Source: an uncultured Rickettsiales bacterium (GTDB lineage Bacteria > Margulisbacteria > Marinamargulisbacteria > GCA-2716485 > CAZIFG01). Taken from it: a DNA stretch of 64,000 bases. The notes beneath the pieces were generated by a model. It made no database searches, had not been told where the DNA came from, and worked only from the letters and a program-made list of their open reading frames with translations. Positions 9,063 to 19,948 of the stretch are shown here, in pieces. The translations under genes were made by a program, and so were the position numbers. The stretch is taken from assembly GCA_964539135.1 (NCBI GenBank), contig CAZIFG010000005.1:2335-66334 (forward strand), written 5' to 3'. Each line of letters starts with the position of its first letter. The first letter of the stretch is position 1.

Positions 9063-9677
9063 ATGGGAACCAAAAAAATAGAGGATTTATGGGGAAAAAT
9101 GAATACGGCTGTATTAAATACGGCTAAAATTTATTTATTGCAAAATCATATTGCGGCCATTTTAGCCTTTTTTAATCCCAAATTGCAGATGATAGTGATC
9201 CGATATGCGCGACATTTACCTAATTTTGTCGTCGACAGTGAAATTGATGATTTAAAAACAATTGCGCAGTTAGAACTTATTGAAACGCTCAAAATTTGGA
9301 ACCCTTTATTAAACGATTCCATTTGGCCTTTAGCGCAAATGAGAATCGTGGGTGCGATGAAGGATCATATTCGGTTTATTACAAAATCCGATCCAGCGCG
9401 TCTCTATGAGTGGATGGCAGATGCGGCTTATATTTATGAAACCGTGAACTCCAATGCCAATTTTGAACATAAATATGAAACGGGGGACGAGCTTTCAAAG
9501 GTCATGAGCGTGTTAGATATGAGAGAGCGAAAAATAGTGATTGCGCACACACAATCAGATCTTACCTTTAAGGTGATTGGAGAGCGCATGGGGGTTTCTG
9601 AATCTCAGATATCTCGCATTTATAAAAAAGCAGTTGAAAAAATGAAAAAAGAGTTGAAAAAACAACTTAATGACTGA
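9063..9677 (+). CDS. fliA: sigma-70 family sigma factor, FliA/sigma-28-like by context
   Basis: Region 2-like DDLKTIAQLELIETLKIWNP...MRIVGAMKDHIR. Region 4 HTH is LTFKVIGERMGVSESQISRIYKKAVEKMKK. It is the last gene of the flagellar cluster. Confidence 0.65.
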   Translation: MGTKKIEDLWGKMNTAVLNTAKIYLLQNHIAAILAFFNPKLQMIVIRYARHLPNFVVDSEIDDLKTIAQLELIETLKIWNPLLNDSIWPLAQMRIVGAMKDHIRFITKSDPARLYEWMADAAYIYETVNSNANFEHKYETGDELSKVMSVLDMRERKIVIAHTQSDLTFKVIGERMGVSESQISRIYKKAVEKMKKELKKQLND

Positions 9678-10083
9678 TTTTCTTAAGAAACTGCTGCCCT
9701 TGACCATAAAGGGATAGTTCATAGCCTCCCGTATCAGCATCATACGTGTATAAAATTTTTCCATCGGAGGCGTCATCATTGAAAGGGCAGCCTGTGTAGG
9801 GATTCGTGGGGGCTTGAGGGAGGTAATGAGCGTCTACCAAAATAGAAATAAGAGCAGGGCCACTAAGAGAGGCCTCCGAAGGAAAGCTAGCGTGATCCAA
9901 AAAATAAGATTCAAGCCCAACTTGCAGTGTATTTCCCAGTTGAGCCATGGCAACATCCTTACTTTTAAGGCTAATTTTAGAAAAATTAGGGATAATAATA
10001 GCACTTAAAATACCAATGATCATCAGAACAATCATGAGCTCAAGCAGTGTAAATCCTTTTTGATAGGGGGCGGTGGTATCCAT
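9667..10083 (-). CDS. type IV pilin / type II secretion pseudopilin
   Basis: Prepilin cleavage/methylation motif QKGFTLLELMIVLMIIGILSAIIIP at the N-terminus. The 3' end overlaps the fliA-like gene by 11 nt (convergent). Confidence 0.8.
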   Translation of the reverse strand: MDTTAPYQKGFTLLELMIVLMIIGILSAIIIPNFSKISLKSKDVAMAQLGNTLQVGLESYFLDHASFPSEASLSGPALISILVDAHYLPQAPTNPYTGCPFNDDASDGKILYTYDADTGGYELSLYGQGQQFLKKISH

Positions 10084-10128
10084 ATTAAAATAATAGCGTA
10101 TGGAAGCAATAATGTAAATATTAAAAGA

Positions 10129-11127
10129 TTACATTTGAATTGAAAGCCCATTAAGAATGGGGAAAAAGGTAAGGCTAATAAGACCAAAAATAAAAAAGCC
10201 GATTAAAAGCAACAGAAGCGGCTGAATAAAAACCAGTCGATGGGTAAAGTGTTGGCGTTCAGCCTCCAAAAAGAGGCGCGAAAGGGTCAAAAAATAAGCG
10301 GGAAGTGGCGTGCTCAAAAAGAGAGAATGGTGAAGAGACTCGGCCTCTAAAAGCGGGGATTTAAAATAAGAGAGAGCTGTAGGCACATCATGCCCCTTTA
10401 AAAGGGAGCCCAGCACCTGTTGATGGACACGATTTAAAGGGTGTTCCCGCGGAAGTTGAAGGGCATAAAGACTAGATTTAAGGCTAAAGCCGCTTCGAAG
10501 TAAGAGGGAAAGGATCCAAAAATAATGACCATAACCCAAAAAAAAGGCAGAGTTTAAAAAATGATATAAAAATTGAATGAAATAGAAAGAAATCAAACTT
10601 AAAGACAAAAAAGAAAAAATTAAAACAAAAGGCTGATATTGGAGGTAGAAAAGAAGTGCCTTAGAGATGAAAGAAGCGGATCCTGAAGGATTCAGAGAGA
10701 CTAAAAGGGTCGATAAGGTTGGAAGTAAGAAGGTGAAAAAAATAAAAAACATAACAATAAAGCTAAAGAACAAAAGTGCAGGATACCGAATTTGGTCCAG
10801 AAAATGACGCAGTGTTTGGTGTCTAAACGTGAGATATTCAGAGAGGCCTTGAATAAAGAGATGGGTATCCGGACTACCGGAAAGGGCCGTGTGGGAGAGC
10901 GGGATAGAGGGGGGTAATAAAAAAATAAGGCCTTGAAAGAGGGAGAGTCCTGCATGAAGGTGGGTTTTAAGCCCCTGAAATTTAGGGTGCGTGGAAAACA
11001 TCGGTAAGGAGAGAAGATGTTCGATGGTTTCATGTTCAGACAGTCCCAGAGCATGCAGAGACTCAAACTGTGTGATAAATCGAGAGAGGCGACGCAGGTA
11101 AAAAATATCGGTAAAAAGGTGAAACAT
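10129..11127 (-). CDS. GspF/PilC-family platform protein, divergent and compositionally odd
   Basis: Two repeated T2SSF-like modules. Each is a helical cytoplasmic segment followed by TM helices, e.g. ...RYPALLFFSFIVMFFIFFTFLLPTL and ...IQPLLLLLIGFFIFGLISLTFFPIL. It sits just upstream of the pilin gene. Assignment is by pattern only. Confidence 0.5.
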   Translation of the reverse strand: MFHLFTDIFYLRRLSRFITQFESLHALGLSEHETIEHLLSLPMFSTHPKFQGLKTHLHAGLSLFQGLIFLLPPSIPLSHTALSGSPDTHLFIQGLSEYLTFRHQTLRHFLDQIRYPALLFFSFIVMFFIFFTFLLPTLSTLLVSLNPSGSASFISKALLFYLQYQPFVLIFSFLSLSLISFYFIQFLYHFLNSAFFLGYGHYFWILSLLLRSGFSLKSSLYALQLPREHPLNRVHQQVLGSLLKGHDVPTALSYFKSPLLEAESLHHSLFLSTPLPAYFLTLSRLFLEAERQHFTHRLVFIQPLLLLLIGFFIFGLISLTFFPILNGLSIQM

Positions 11128-11202
11128 GAAAAGAGATAATCATAGCGATGAAAATAAGTCAATGAATAAGAGTGTCAAACAAAAGAGCTATCCTAAAAAA
11201 GA

Positions 11203-12309
<1,107 letters not shown>

Positions 12310-12315
12310 ATTCAA

Positions 12316-13503
12316 ATGAAAAAGTCCATCCGAGATTTGAATCCCGCCGAACTAGAAAATAAGCTTGTCCTGATGCGGGTGGACTTTAATGTGCCCATGA
12401 ATGAGGGAAGGATTGTAGATGACAATCGAATTCAAGAGGCCATTCCATCCATTGAATATTTAGTGGCCCATAAGGCACGGCTCATGTTGATGTCTCATTT
12501 TGGCCGGCCAAAAGACAGTGTAGATCCTCAATTCAGTTTAGCGCCCATCGCGGCCCATTTATCCACTCTCTTAAAAAGACCGGTAAAAATGGCACCAGAT
12601 TGTATTGGGGATGCCGTTCAAGCTGAAGTTTCTAACTTAAAGTCAGGCGAAATACTCATGTTAGAAAATACGCGATTTCATCCTGAAGAAACAAAAAATG
12701 ATCCTGAATTTTCAAAAGCCCTAATCAATGGCGCCACACTTTTTGTGCAAGAAGCCTTTGGAACGGCGCATCGTGCACATGCATCAACAGAAGGCGTCGC
12801 GCGTATTATACCTGGCGTAGCGGGCCTCTTGGTAGAAAAAGAATTGCATGCCCTGGGAACAGCAGTAGAATCGCCAAAGAGGCCCTTTGTAGCCATTATT
12901 GGGGGGTCAAAAGTATCTTCCAAACTTCCCATATTAAAAAAATTATTGCCTAAAGTGGATACCTTGATTATCGGAGGGGGAATGACCTATACCTTTTTAA
13001 AAGCAGAAGGATTTGAAATTGGTCTATCCTTATGCGAAGATGATAAGATGGGCGATGCAAGAGAGTTTTTAGTAGCGGCTAAAAAAACACAGACAAAATT
13101 AATTTGGGCGATAGATCATATAACGGTATCAGAATTTAAACCAGACGCCAAACTATCCTGCATTGAAGGAAATGCCTTGCCGAAAGATCAAATGGGGATT
13201 GATATAGGGCCGAAAACAGTGGCCTTAATTCAGGACGAACTCCAAAAAGCGGCCACCATATTATGGAATGGCCCTCTTGGTGTTTTTGAAATTCCAGCGT
13301 TTGCAAGGGGTACCAATGAGGTGGCCAAAACGTTAGCCGAATCAGACGCTATTACGATTATTGGGGGCGGCGATTCCGCAGCTGCAATAAAACAGTTGGG
13401 CTTATCCAGTAAAATGACTCATATTTCAACGGGAGGCGGAGCCTCTTTGGCCTTTTTAGAAGGAGAGCCGCTTCCCGGGATAGAGATTTTACAACATAAA
13501 TAA
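12316..13503 (+). CDS. pgk: phosphoglycerate kinase
   Basis: VLMRVDFNVP, SHFGRPK and the C-terminal STGGGASLAFLEG motifs are present. Confidence 0.95.
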   Translation: MKKSIRDLNPAELENKLVLMRVDFNVPMNEGRIVDDNRIQEAIPSIEYLVAHKARLMLMSHFGRPKDSVDPQFSLAPIAAHLSTLLKRPVKMAPDCIGDAVQAEVSNLKSGEILMLENTRFHPEETKNDPEFSKALINGATLFVQEAFGTAHRAHASTEGVARIIPGVAGLLVEKELHALGTAVESPKRPFVAIIGGSKVSSKLPILKKLLPKVDTLIIGGGMTYTFLKAEGFEIGLSLCEDDKMGDAREFLVAAKKTQTKLIWAIDHITVSEFKPDAKLSCIEGNALPKDQMGIDIGPKTVALIQDELQKAATILWNGPLGVFEIPAFARGTNEVAKTLAESDAITIIGGGDSAAAIKQLGLSSKMTHISTGGGASLAFLEGEPLPGIEILQHK

Positions 13504-13521
13504 GGCGATTGAGGAGTATAT

Positions 13522-13902
13522 ATGACAGATCCAAAATCATTACAAGAAGCCATTGAAAATCTATCATCCAAAAAACATGTCATTTCAGATGCCGCCTTGC
13601 AAGCACGTCAAAGTAGCGCGCAGCAAACAAGCGGATTTGATAAAAATCATGCCGTTCTAAATGAGTTTAATCAAAGCATTAAATTGTTAATGTCTATATT
13701 TAGAGAGTCCAATTTTGATCAGTTTTTAGTCCTAGCAGGAAAGCCAGGGCGTTTGATGACACTGCAATTAGTGATGGGCTTAGTAAGAGGAGTAGGATTC
13801 ACTTTAGGGGTGGTTGTATTAGGGACCATTGCAGCTTATGTATTAAATCTCCTGTATCCGGGACTCATTCATCATGTTCTCCTCACCTTTGTTTCAAAAT
13901 GA
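13522..13902 (+). CDS. hypothetical small membrane protein
   Basis: Soluble N-terminal half, then LVMGLVRGVGFTLGVVVLGTIAAYVLNLL hydrophobic helices. ATGA overlap with lspA. Confidence 0.5.
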   Translation: MTDPKSLQEAIENLSSKKHVISDAALQARQSSAQQTSGFDKNHAVLNEFNQSIKLLMSIFRESNFDQFLVLAGKPGRLMTLQLVMGLVRGVGFTLGVVVLGTIAAYVLNLLYPGLIHHVLLTFVSK

Positions 13903-14345
13903 AGAAGTGGGCGTTAACGATAGTTGGAATTGCACTAGATCAGTATACAAAAATAAAAGCAGTAGAAAGATTGTCCTTGTTTGAAGCAAAGACTATCATT
14001 CCGAAGGTCTTAAACTTTCAATTGGTGTATAATTATGGGGCGGCTTATGGCATTTTACAGCATCAGCGTGTCTTTTTAACCGTCATCGGGTGTGGGGTTG
14101 TGATCGCCATCTTAGCCGGTTATAAGCACATTGCGACCACACGGTTTTCAACATGGGGAACACATTTTATATTAATAGGCGCCGTAGGAAACTTAATAGA
14201 CAGAATAAGCGCCGGATATGTAGTCGATTTTATTGATATTGGACTTTTTCCGGTCTTTAATATTGCCGATATATGCATTGATGTAGGGATTGGGTGCTTT
14301 TTATTGGATTTATGGTGGACACATAAACAGTCAAAAGCGGCTTAA
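13899..14345 (+). CDS. lspA: lipoprotein signal peptidase II
   Basis: 148-aa four-TM protein with NxGAAYG-like (NYGAAYG) and FPVFNIADICIDVG motifs. Confidence 0.85.
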   Translation: MKKWALTIVGIALDQYTKIKAVERLSLFEAKTIIPKVLNFQLVYNYGAAYGILQHQRVFLTVIGCGVVIAILAGYKHIATTRFSTWGTHFILIGAVGNLIDRISAGYVVDFIDIGLFPVFNIADICIDVGIGCFLLDLWWTHKQSKAA

Positions 14346-14347
14346 AG

Positions 14348-15208
14348 ATGAGTGTAATAATAGAAAATTCTGGTGAACGCCTGGACCATTTTTGGGCGCA
14401 ATATTCTGGAGAGTCTAGAAATCAAGTTCAGAGGAAAATAGAGTCAGGACTAATTACCGTTAATGAAGTAATCGTAAGGCCCGGTTATAAAATTAAAAAA
14501 GGCGATGTGATTAACGAAAAAATCGTTAATAAATCCAAAAAAATAGAGACGCCGCCCCTCCTTTCATTGCGATATGAGGATCAGGAAATTATGGTGATTT
14601 GTAAGCCCATTGGTGTGGTTGTGCACCCTGGTGTAGGCCATGCCTCTTGGACCTTAGTGGATCAGATTCTAGCTTACAATCCCGATCTCAAGACGGTAGG
14701 ACAGCCAGATAGACCAGGGATTGTACATCGCTTGGATAAAAACACAGAGGGACTAATGGTCATTGCAAAAACAAATGAGGCCTATGCCCATTTAATTCAA
14801 CAATTTCAAGCACATACAGTAGAAAAGCGATATTATGCCTTATGTCATGGCAATATTCAGTCAGAATCGATAGAGGTGAATCAGCCCATAGGGCGGCATC
14901 CTCAGCACTTTAATAAACGCTGGGTAATGCCGACAGGAAAACCCGCTAAAACCGAATTTAGAGTGATCAAGCGTTACAACACAAAGACTTTAGTAGAGGC
15001 ACGCCCGATTACGGGCAGAACCCATCAAATTCGAGTCCATTTGGCCTATATTAAGCACCCGATTATAGGCGATAGTTTGTATCATCCAGGTGAAAAAAAA
15101 GAGCGTGGGGGCATTCAAGCGTTGCAGGCATTTTCCTTGGGATTTAAACATCCAAAAACAGATAAAATCTTACGGTTTCAGGAGCCTAAATCGGAAAGGC
15201 TATTTTAA
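14348..15208 (+). CDS. RluA/RluD-family pseudouridine synthase
   Basis: S4-like N-terminus, catalytic HRLDKNTEGLMVIAKT, and C-terminal GRTHQIRVHL. Confidence 0.85.
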   Translation: MSVIIENSGERLDHFWAQYSGESRNQVQRKIESGLITVNEVIVRPGYKIKKGDVINEKIVNKSKKIETPPLLSLRYEDQEIMVICKPIGVVVHPGVGHASWTLVDQILAYNPDLKTVGQPDRPGIVHRLDKNTEGLMVIAKTNEAYAHLIQQFQAHTVEKRYYALCHGNIQSESIEVNQPIGRHPQHFNKRWVMPTGKPAKTEFRVIKRYNTKTLVEARPITGRTHQIRVHLAYIKHPIIGDSLYHPGEKKERGGIQALQAFSLGFKHPKTDKILRFQEPKSERLF

Positions 15209-15223
15209 AGGATAAGACAGCAG

Positions 15224-16144
15224 ATGGCCAAAATAAGGATGTCCCAGAGTATAAAAAAGGGACTTGTGCTTTTAGGGTTTCTAGGATGGAGTGCAACGCT
15301 TCAGGCTAAAGCCTTAAAGGTAGACATGCAGGTATCCACGAGCTCCATTCAGATGGGCGATTATATCGCGTTGGAAGTGCGTACAAACACAGAGATGATT
15401 TCGGGTAACATGAAATTTGCCAATAGAGTGTTTAGATGGTATTTAGAGCCAAAATCTAAAAAAAACGATTACACCTATTTGGCGTATATTGCAGCCCCGA
15501 TAAACACTCCCAAAGGGGTGTCTTTAAATATTCTGGTAGCGATGACCTTTCCAAAAGGGAGGCGCTTTGAAAAAAGCGTAGAGATAAAATATGGGGAGGG
15601 GCAAGAGGCAGGCAAAGTGCTGGCGCCGAAAAGAGTGCCAAAGATTCAGTTAAAAGGAGAAGCAGCACGTGTAAATAAAAATACAGCTCTTTTAGCAGAG
15701 GAATCCGCAGGGATTAGAGAGCTTTTTAAAACAGAAACACGCGCGCCTCGATTGGCGCTACCCTTTAAGCAGCCAGTACAAGGGAAGATTTCATCGGGGT
15801 TTGGGATAGTACGAAACTATCAAGATACAGAAAATAGGGTGCATAAAGGGGTAGATATTGCGGCCAAGGAAGGGGATTGGATTGTAGCGCCAGAAAAAGG
15901 GACGGTGATTATGAGTCAATTTTTGGAATGTCATGGAGAGTCGATCATGATTGACCATGGCTATGGAATCATTACCATTTATAATCATTTATCCGAGCGG
16001 CGAAAAGCAGTTGGCGATAGTGTCAAAAAGGGCGAGCTTATTGGAAAAGTGGGGCAAACAGGGGTATCAACAGGAGCTCACTTGCATTGGGGATTGAGTG
16101 TTCAAAATATACGCGTTAACCCCTTGAAGTGGGTAGGGATTTAG
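15224..16144 (+). CDS. M23 family metallopeptidase with signal peptide
   Basis: HKGVDIAA...DHGYGIITIYNHL...GQTGVSTGAHLHWGL (HxxxD and HxH motifs). Confidence 0.8.
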   Translation: MAKIRMSQSIKKGLVLLGFLGWSATLQAKALKVDMQVSTSSIQMGDYIALEVRTNTEMISGNMKFANRVFRWYLEPKSKKNDYTYLAYIAAPINTPKGVSLNILVAMTFPKGRRFEKSVEIKYGEGQEAGKVLAPKRVPKIQLKGEAARVNKNTALLAEESAGIRELFKTETRAPRLALPFKQPVQGKISSGFGIVRNYQDTENRVHKGVDIAAKEGDWIVAPEKGTVIMSQFLECHGESIMIDHGYGIITIYNHLSERRKAVGDSVKKGELIGKVGQTGVSTGAHLHWGLSVQNIRVNPLKWVGI

Positions 16145-16740
16145 CGATAGTCAAAGGTTTGAAGCAGCGTTTCCGGGCGACCTTCAAGACATTTAAAAAA
16201 GTAAACATGGTAATGGGACAGGATGATGAGGGTCATGCCACCATTGACCCAATACCATAAAGTAGGTAATCCCAGATACGAGATCCAAAAGAAGCCAGAC
16301 AGAGAGGCCATTAAAAGGCCCAGATGAAAAGATCGAGAGATAAGCGTGCATACGGCCATTGAAAGGGCCAAAATAAGGGCAAAAACGGGATTGATGTAAA
16401 AACTCATTCCCCAGAGTATCAATAGTGGAGAACGGGCAGAAAACGACAGTAAAGGCGATACAGAATGCAATAAAAGGCATAGGGTGGCAAAAAAGGCCAA
16501 GAAAAAAGGAGATAAACTGATAACGTCATCGAAAAGGTATAAGACAACAATCCCTTGAAAAAAGGTAAGAACCAGAATCAGTAAGGTCAGAAAAGGTGTC
16601 ATGGACATAAAAAGCGGCGTATCTTGGGTTTCCATTTGGGACGTCAGCGTAACAACGTAACGATGGATGCCCAAGATAAAATCTTGAACCGGAAGCATTG
16701 CGACAAAGAATGCCAAAAAATAAGCCCAAAAAAGTGTCAT
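16141..16740 (-). CDS. hypothetical polytopic membrane protein
   Basis: 199 aa, almost entirely hydrophobic helices. No motif recognised (the PlsY GSGNxG motif is absent). Convergent 4-nt overlap with the M23 gene. Confidence 0.45.
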   Translation of the reverse strand: MTLFWAYFLAFFVAMLPVQDFILGIHRYVVTLTSQMETQDTPLFMSMTPFLTLLILVLTFFQGIVVLYLFDDVISLSPFFLAFFATLCLLLHSVSPLLSFSARSPLLILWGMSFYINPVFALILALSMAVCTLISRSFHLGLLMASLSGFFWISYLGLPTLWYWVNGGMTLIILSHYHVYFFKCLEGRPETLLQTFDYR

Positions 16741-16783
16741 ACCCCTCAGTATAAGTTAAACGTTAAAAATTAGCCAGTAAATG

Positions 16784-18010
16784 CTACTGATCCAGCTCAA
16801 AAGCGGCATGTAGAATTTGAAGCGCCGTTTCAGCCTGAGCGCGTTGAATTGCACATGAAATTTTAATTTCAGAGGTTGTAATTCTCAAGATATTAATACC
16901 AGCTTGTCCAAGTGCTTGAAACATTTTAGCGGCAACGCCAGGTTTTGAAATCATCCCGACCCCAACAGCAGATACTTTCGCAACATCATCATTGGCAATC
17001 ACTTCTTTTGCACCGATATCAGTAGCGACTTGTTCTGAAATTTCAACAGCACGAGGCAAATCATCTCGAGAGACAGAAAACGAAATGTCATTTTTAGCAG
17101 AAGCATCTTGAGCTTCTACACTTTGAATGATCATATCAATGTTAATGCCAGCTTGGGCCAGTGCCGTAAATAAAAGGCCTGCATTTCCGGGTCTATCGGG
17201 AATAGATAGGACTGAAATAATTGCTTCGTCTTTATTAACAGTGACGCCTGTTACGGGTTTGTTGACTTCCATGGTTGCTATCTCCTTAACGCGTGTACCT
17301 TCACTGAGGTCAAATGATGATCGAACATGTAAAATAATGCCATTTTCCTTGGCGCACTCTACAGAGCGTGGGTGTAAAACCCCAGCCCCTAAAGAAGCGA
17401 GCTCTAACATTTCTTCATAAGAAATAGTCGCTAATTTTTTGGCACCACTCACCTTGCGAGGGTCTGTCGTATACACACCATCCACATCGGTATAAATTTC
17501 GCATTCAGGTGCGCCTAAAGCGGCAGCTAAGACAACCGCAGAGGTATCGGATCCACCGCGTCCAATCGTAGTGATGTCATTATTGGCATTAATACCTTGA
17601 AAGCCAGTGACAATGACAACTTTGCCAGCGGCAAGTTCTTTTTTAAGTCGATCAGCAGACACGTCAATGATTTTAGCGCGTGAATGAAAATCTTCTGTTA
17701 AGACACCGGCTTGTGGGCCTGAAAGGGAAATGGCATCATGGCCAATGCTGAGAAGATGCATGGCTAAAAGGGCAGCCGAAACATTTTCACCCGTAGAGAG
17801 AAGGGCATCATATTCTCGGGAATTGGGTCTATCGGCCATATGCTTGGCCAAGTCAACCAAGTGGTCAGTAGTATCGCCCATGGCAGAGACAACCACCACA
17901 ACGTTTTTGTATTGAGATTTTGTTGCAATAATGCGTTGCGCCACGGCTTTAATACGCTCAGGTGTGCCCACAGAGGTGCCGCCAAATTTTTGAACAATTA
18001 ATGATTCCAT
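16784..18010 (-). CDS. lysC: aspartate kinase with C-terminal ACT domains
   Basis: KFGGTSVG N-terminus, GRGGSDTSAV, and two ACT-like repeats at the C-terminus. Confidence 0.9.
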   Translation of the reverse strand: MESLIVQKFGGTSVGTPERIKAVAQRIIATKSQYKNVVVVVSAMGDTTDHLVDLAKHMADRPNSREYDALLSTGENVSAALLAMHLLSIGHDAISLSGPQAGVLTEDFHSRAKIIDVSADRLKKELAAGKVVIVTGFQGINANNDITTIGRGGSDTSAVVLAAALGAPECEIYTDVDGVYTTDPRKVSGAKKLATISYEEMLELASLGAGVLHPRSVECAKENGIILHVRSSFDLSEGTRVKEIATMEVNKPVTGVTVNKDEAIISVLSIPDRPGNAGLLFTALAQAGINIDMIIQSVEAQDASAKNDISFSVSRDDLPRAVEISEQVATDIGAKEVIANDDVAKVSAVGVGMISKPGVAAKMFQALGQAGINILRITTSEIKISCAIQRAQAETALQILHAAFELDQ

Positions 18011-18144
18011 CGTTACTCACCTATTTTTTACTAAATTTGAGCCGGAAGCAGTATACAGTAAATCCGTAAAAACAAAAACACTTTTTGAGCATGGGGCTGT
18101 TGATAAGGGGCGAGGAATACCGTAACATAGGGGCAATGGAAAAA

Positions 18145-18708
18145 ATGTATTTAGGCCTTATAGGCCAAAACGGCGCCGGAAAATCATCGGTTTGTACATA
18201 CTTAATATCAAAAGGATTTAAGGTCTATTCCTTATCGGATATTGTCAGATCCTGGATTGCCCAACATGGCGGTGCTTTAGACCGAGACACCTTAATTGAG
18301 ACATCCAATCAGTTAAAACTCAAATACGGGAGTCAATTTTTTGCAGAGGAGACGTTTAAACAGGCAGAGGCACTTGAAAGGGTATGCTTTGATAGCGTCC
18401 GTCATCCCGAAGAAGTTCGGTTTCTAAAAGAAAAAGGCACCGCATTTATTGGGATAGAAGCAGATCCTGAGATTCGGTATAAACGGGTCTTAAGTCGGGG
18501 TAAAGAGACAGACCATATTGAATATGACACCTTTTTGCGCCAAGATAAGCGGGAATTATCAGGCGAAAGCTCGGGGCAAAACATTGGGGAGTGTCTCGAA
18601 CAGTGTCGCTATACCATAAACAATAATGGCAGTTATGAAGATTTAACGCAGGCCATAGATAAAATTTTAGACCAGATAAAGGGAGACGTATGCCAAGACT
18701 CATTGTAA
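18145..18708 (+). CDS. P-loop nucleotide kinase-like protein (dephospho-CoA/adenylate kinase fold)
   Basis: Walker A GQNGAGKS lies 7 residues after the ATG at 18145. The ORF track extends to a TTG at 18085, so the start is uncertain. Confidence 0.5.
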   Translation: MYLGLIGQNGAGKSSVCTYLISKGFKVYSLSDIVRSWIAQHGGALDRDTLIETSNQLKLKYGSQFFAEETFKQAEALERVCFDSVRHPEEVRFLKEKGTAFIGIEADPEIRYKRVLSRGKETDHIEYDTFLRQDKRELSGESSGQNIGECLEQCRYTINNNGSYEDLTQAIDKILDQIKGDVCQDSL

Positions 18709-19943
18709 CCGGGGGACAAGTTTTAAACGGAACAGTAAAAGCGGGAGGGGCGAAGAATTCGGCACTTCCCTTACTGGCGGCCTGTATTATGCTCGATGGC
18801 GAAACCAGCTTTGGGAATGTACCTCAGTTATTAGACGTTCAAATCATGTGTCGCATGCTCAATGAACTGGGTTTAAGGACCGAGCAAGAAAGCGGCAATA
18901 AAGTCCATATTTGGAACAATAAAAAAGTGCGTCATATTGCGCCCTACGAATTGGTAACAGCAATGAGAGCTTCTTTTTTTGTGGCAGGCCCTATTTTAGC
19001 CAAAACAGGGTTTGCAAAAGTGCCCCTCCCAGGAGGCTGTTCCATTGGAGAGCGACCTGTAGATCTTCATTTAAAGGGATTTGAAGCCTTAGGGGCTACC
19101 ATTAGCATGGAGCATGGATTTGTTCAGATTGAGGCTAAAAATGGCTTAAAAGGAACCACGATTCATTTGGATTTCCCCTCTGTAGGGGCAACTGAAAATT
19201 TATTAATGGCAGCTTGTTTAGCAGAGGGGACAACCGTCATTGAAAATGCGGCCAAAGAACCTGAAATTGATGATTTATGTGATTTGATGGTTAAAGCAGG
19301 TGCAACCATTACAGGGATAGGGACCGCAACGTTAACGATTTATGGTGTGAGTAAGTTAAAAGGAGTTCATAATTATCAAGTCATTCCAGATCGCATTGAA
19401 GCCGCAACCTTACTGATTGCAGGCGCAATTACGCAGGGGGATGTAACAGTCACCGATGTTAATATTGTTCATCAGGAGCCCCTCTTAAAGGTATTGCGTG
19501 CCGCACAGTTAGACATTGAGGTTGGAGAAGATTGGATGCGAGTTAAAGGGGGACATCGTGCAAAAGCGGTAGACATAGAAACCAGTCCTTTTCCTGGATT
19601 TCCAACAGACATGCAAGCACAGGTTATGGCATTATTAACCGTAGCAGAAGGAAAAAGCATCATTAAAGAAACCATTTTTGAAAATAGGTTCATGCACGCA
19701 AGAGAGCTCATGCGCATGGGGGCAAAAATAAAACTAAACGAACACATCGCAGTGATTGAAGGAGTAAATGCGCTTTCTGGGGCAGAGGTTAAAATAACAG
19801 ACTTAAGAGCAGGCGCAGCCTTGATTTTAGCCGCACTTGTAGCAGAGGGGCGCTCAGATATCTATGGACTCAAACATTTAAATCGCGGTTATCATGACTT
19901 ACCTGGAAAATTAAGATCTTTAGGAGCCATTGTAGAAGAGTAG
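18690..19943 (+). CDS. murA: UDP-N-acetylglucosamine 1-carboxyvinyltransferase
   Basis: GGAKNSALPLLAA motif and the active-site loop PGGCSIGERPVDLHLKG. Confidence 0.95.
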   Translation: MPRLIVTGGQVLNGTVKAGGAKNSALPLLAACIMLDGETSFGNVPQLLDVQIMCRMLNELGLRTEQESGNKVHIWNNKKVRHIAPYELVTAMRASFFVAGPILAKTGFAKVPLPGGCSIGERPVDLHLKGFEALGATISMEHGFVQIEAKNGLKGTTIHLDFPSVGATENLLMAACLAEGTTVIENAAKEPEIDDLCDLMVKAGATITGIGTATLTIYGVSKLKGVHNYQVIPDRIEAATLLIAGAITQGDVTVTDVNIVHQEPLLKVLRAAQLDIEVGEDWMRVKGGHRAKAVDIETSPFPGFPTDMQAQVMALLTVAEGKSIIKETIFENRFMHARELMRMGAKIKLNEHIAVIEGVNALSGAEVKITDLRAGAALILAALVAEGRSDIYGLKHLNRGYHDLPGKLRSLGAIVEE

Positions 19944-19948
19944 CTACC

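Noticed and set aside
10701-11162. 153-aa ORF in another frame overlapping the 5' part of the GspF-like gene. Similar cases are 16193..16480 and 16526..16729 within the membrane-protein gene.
   Set aside because: The pyrimidine-rich coding strand is depleted in stop codons, so several frames stay open. The longer frames have the plausible membrane-protein architecture.
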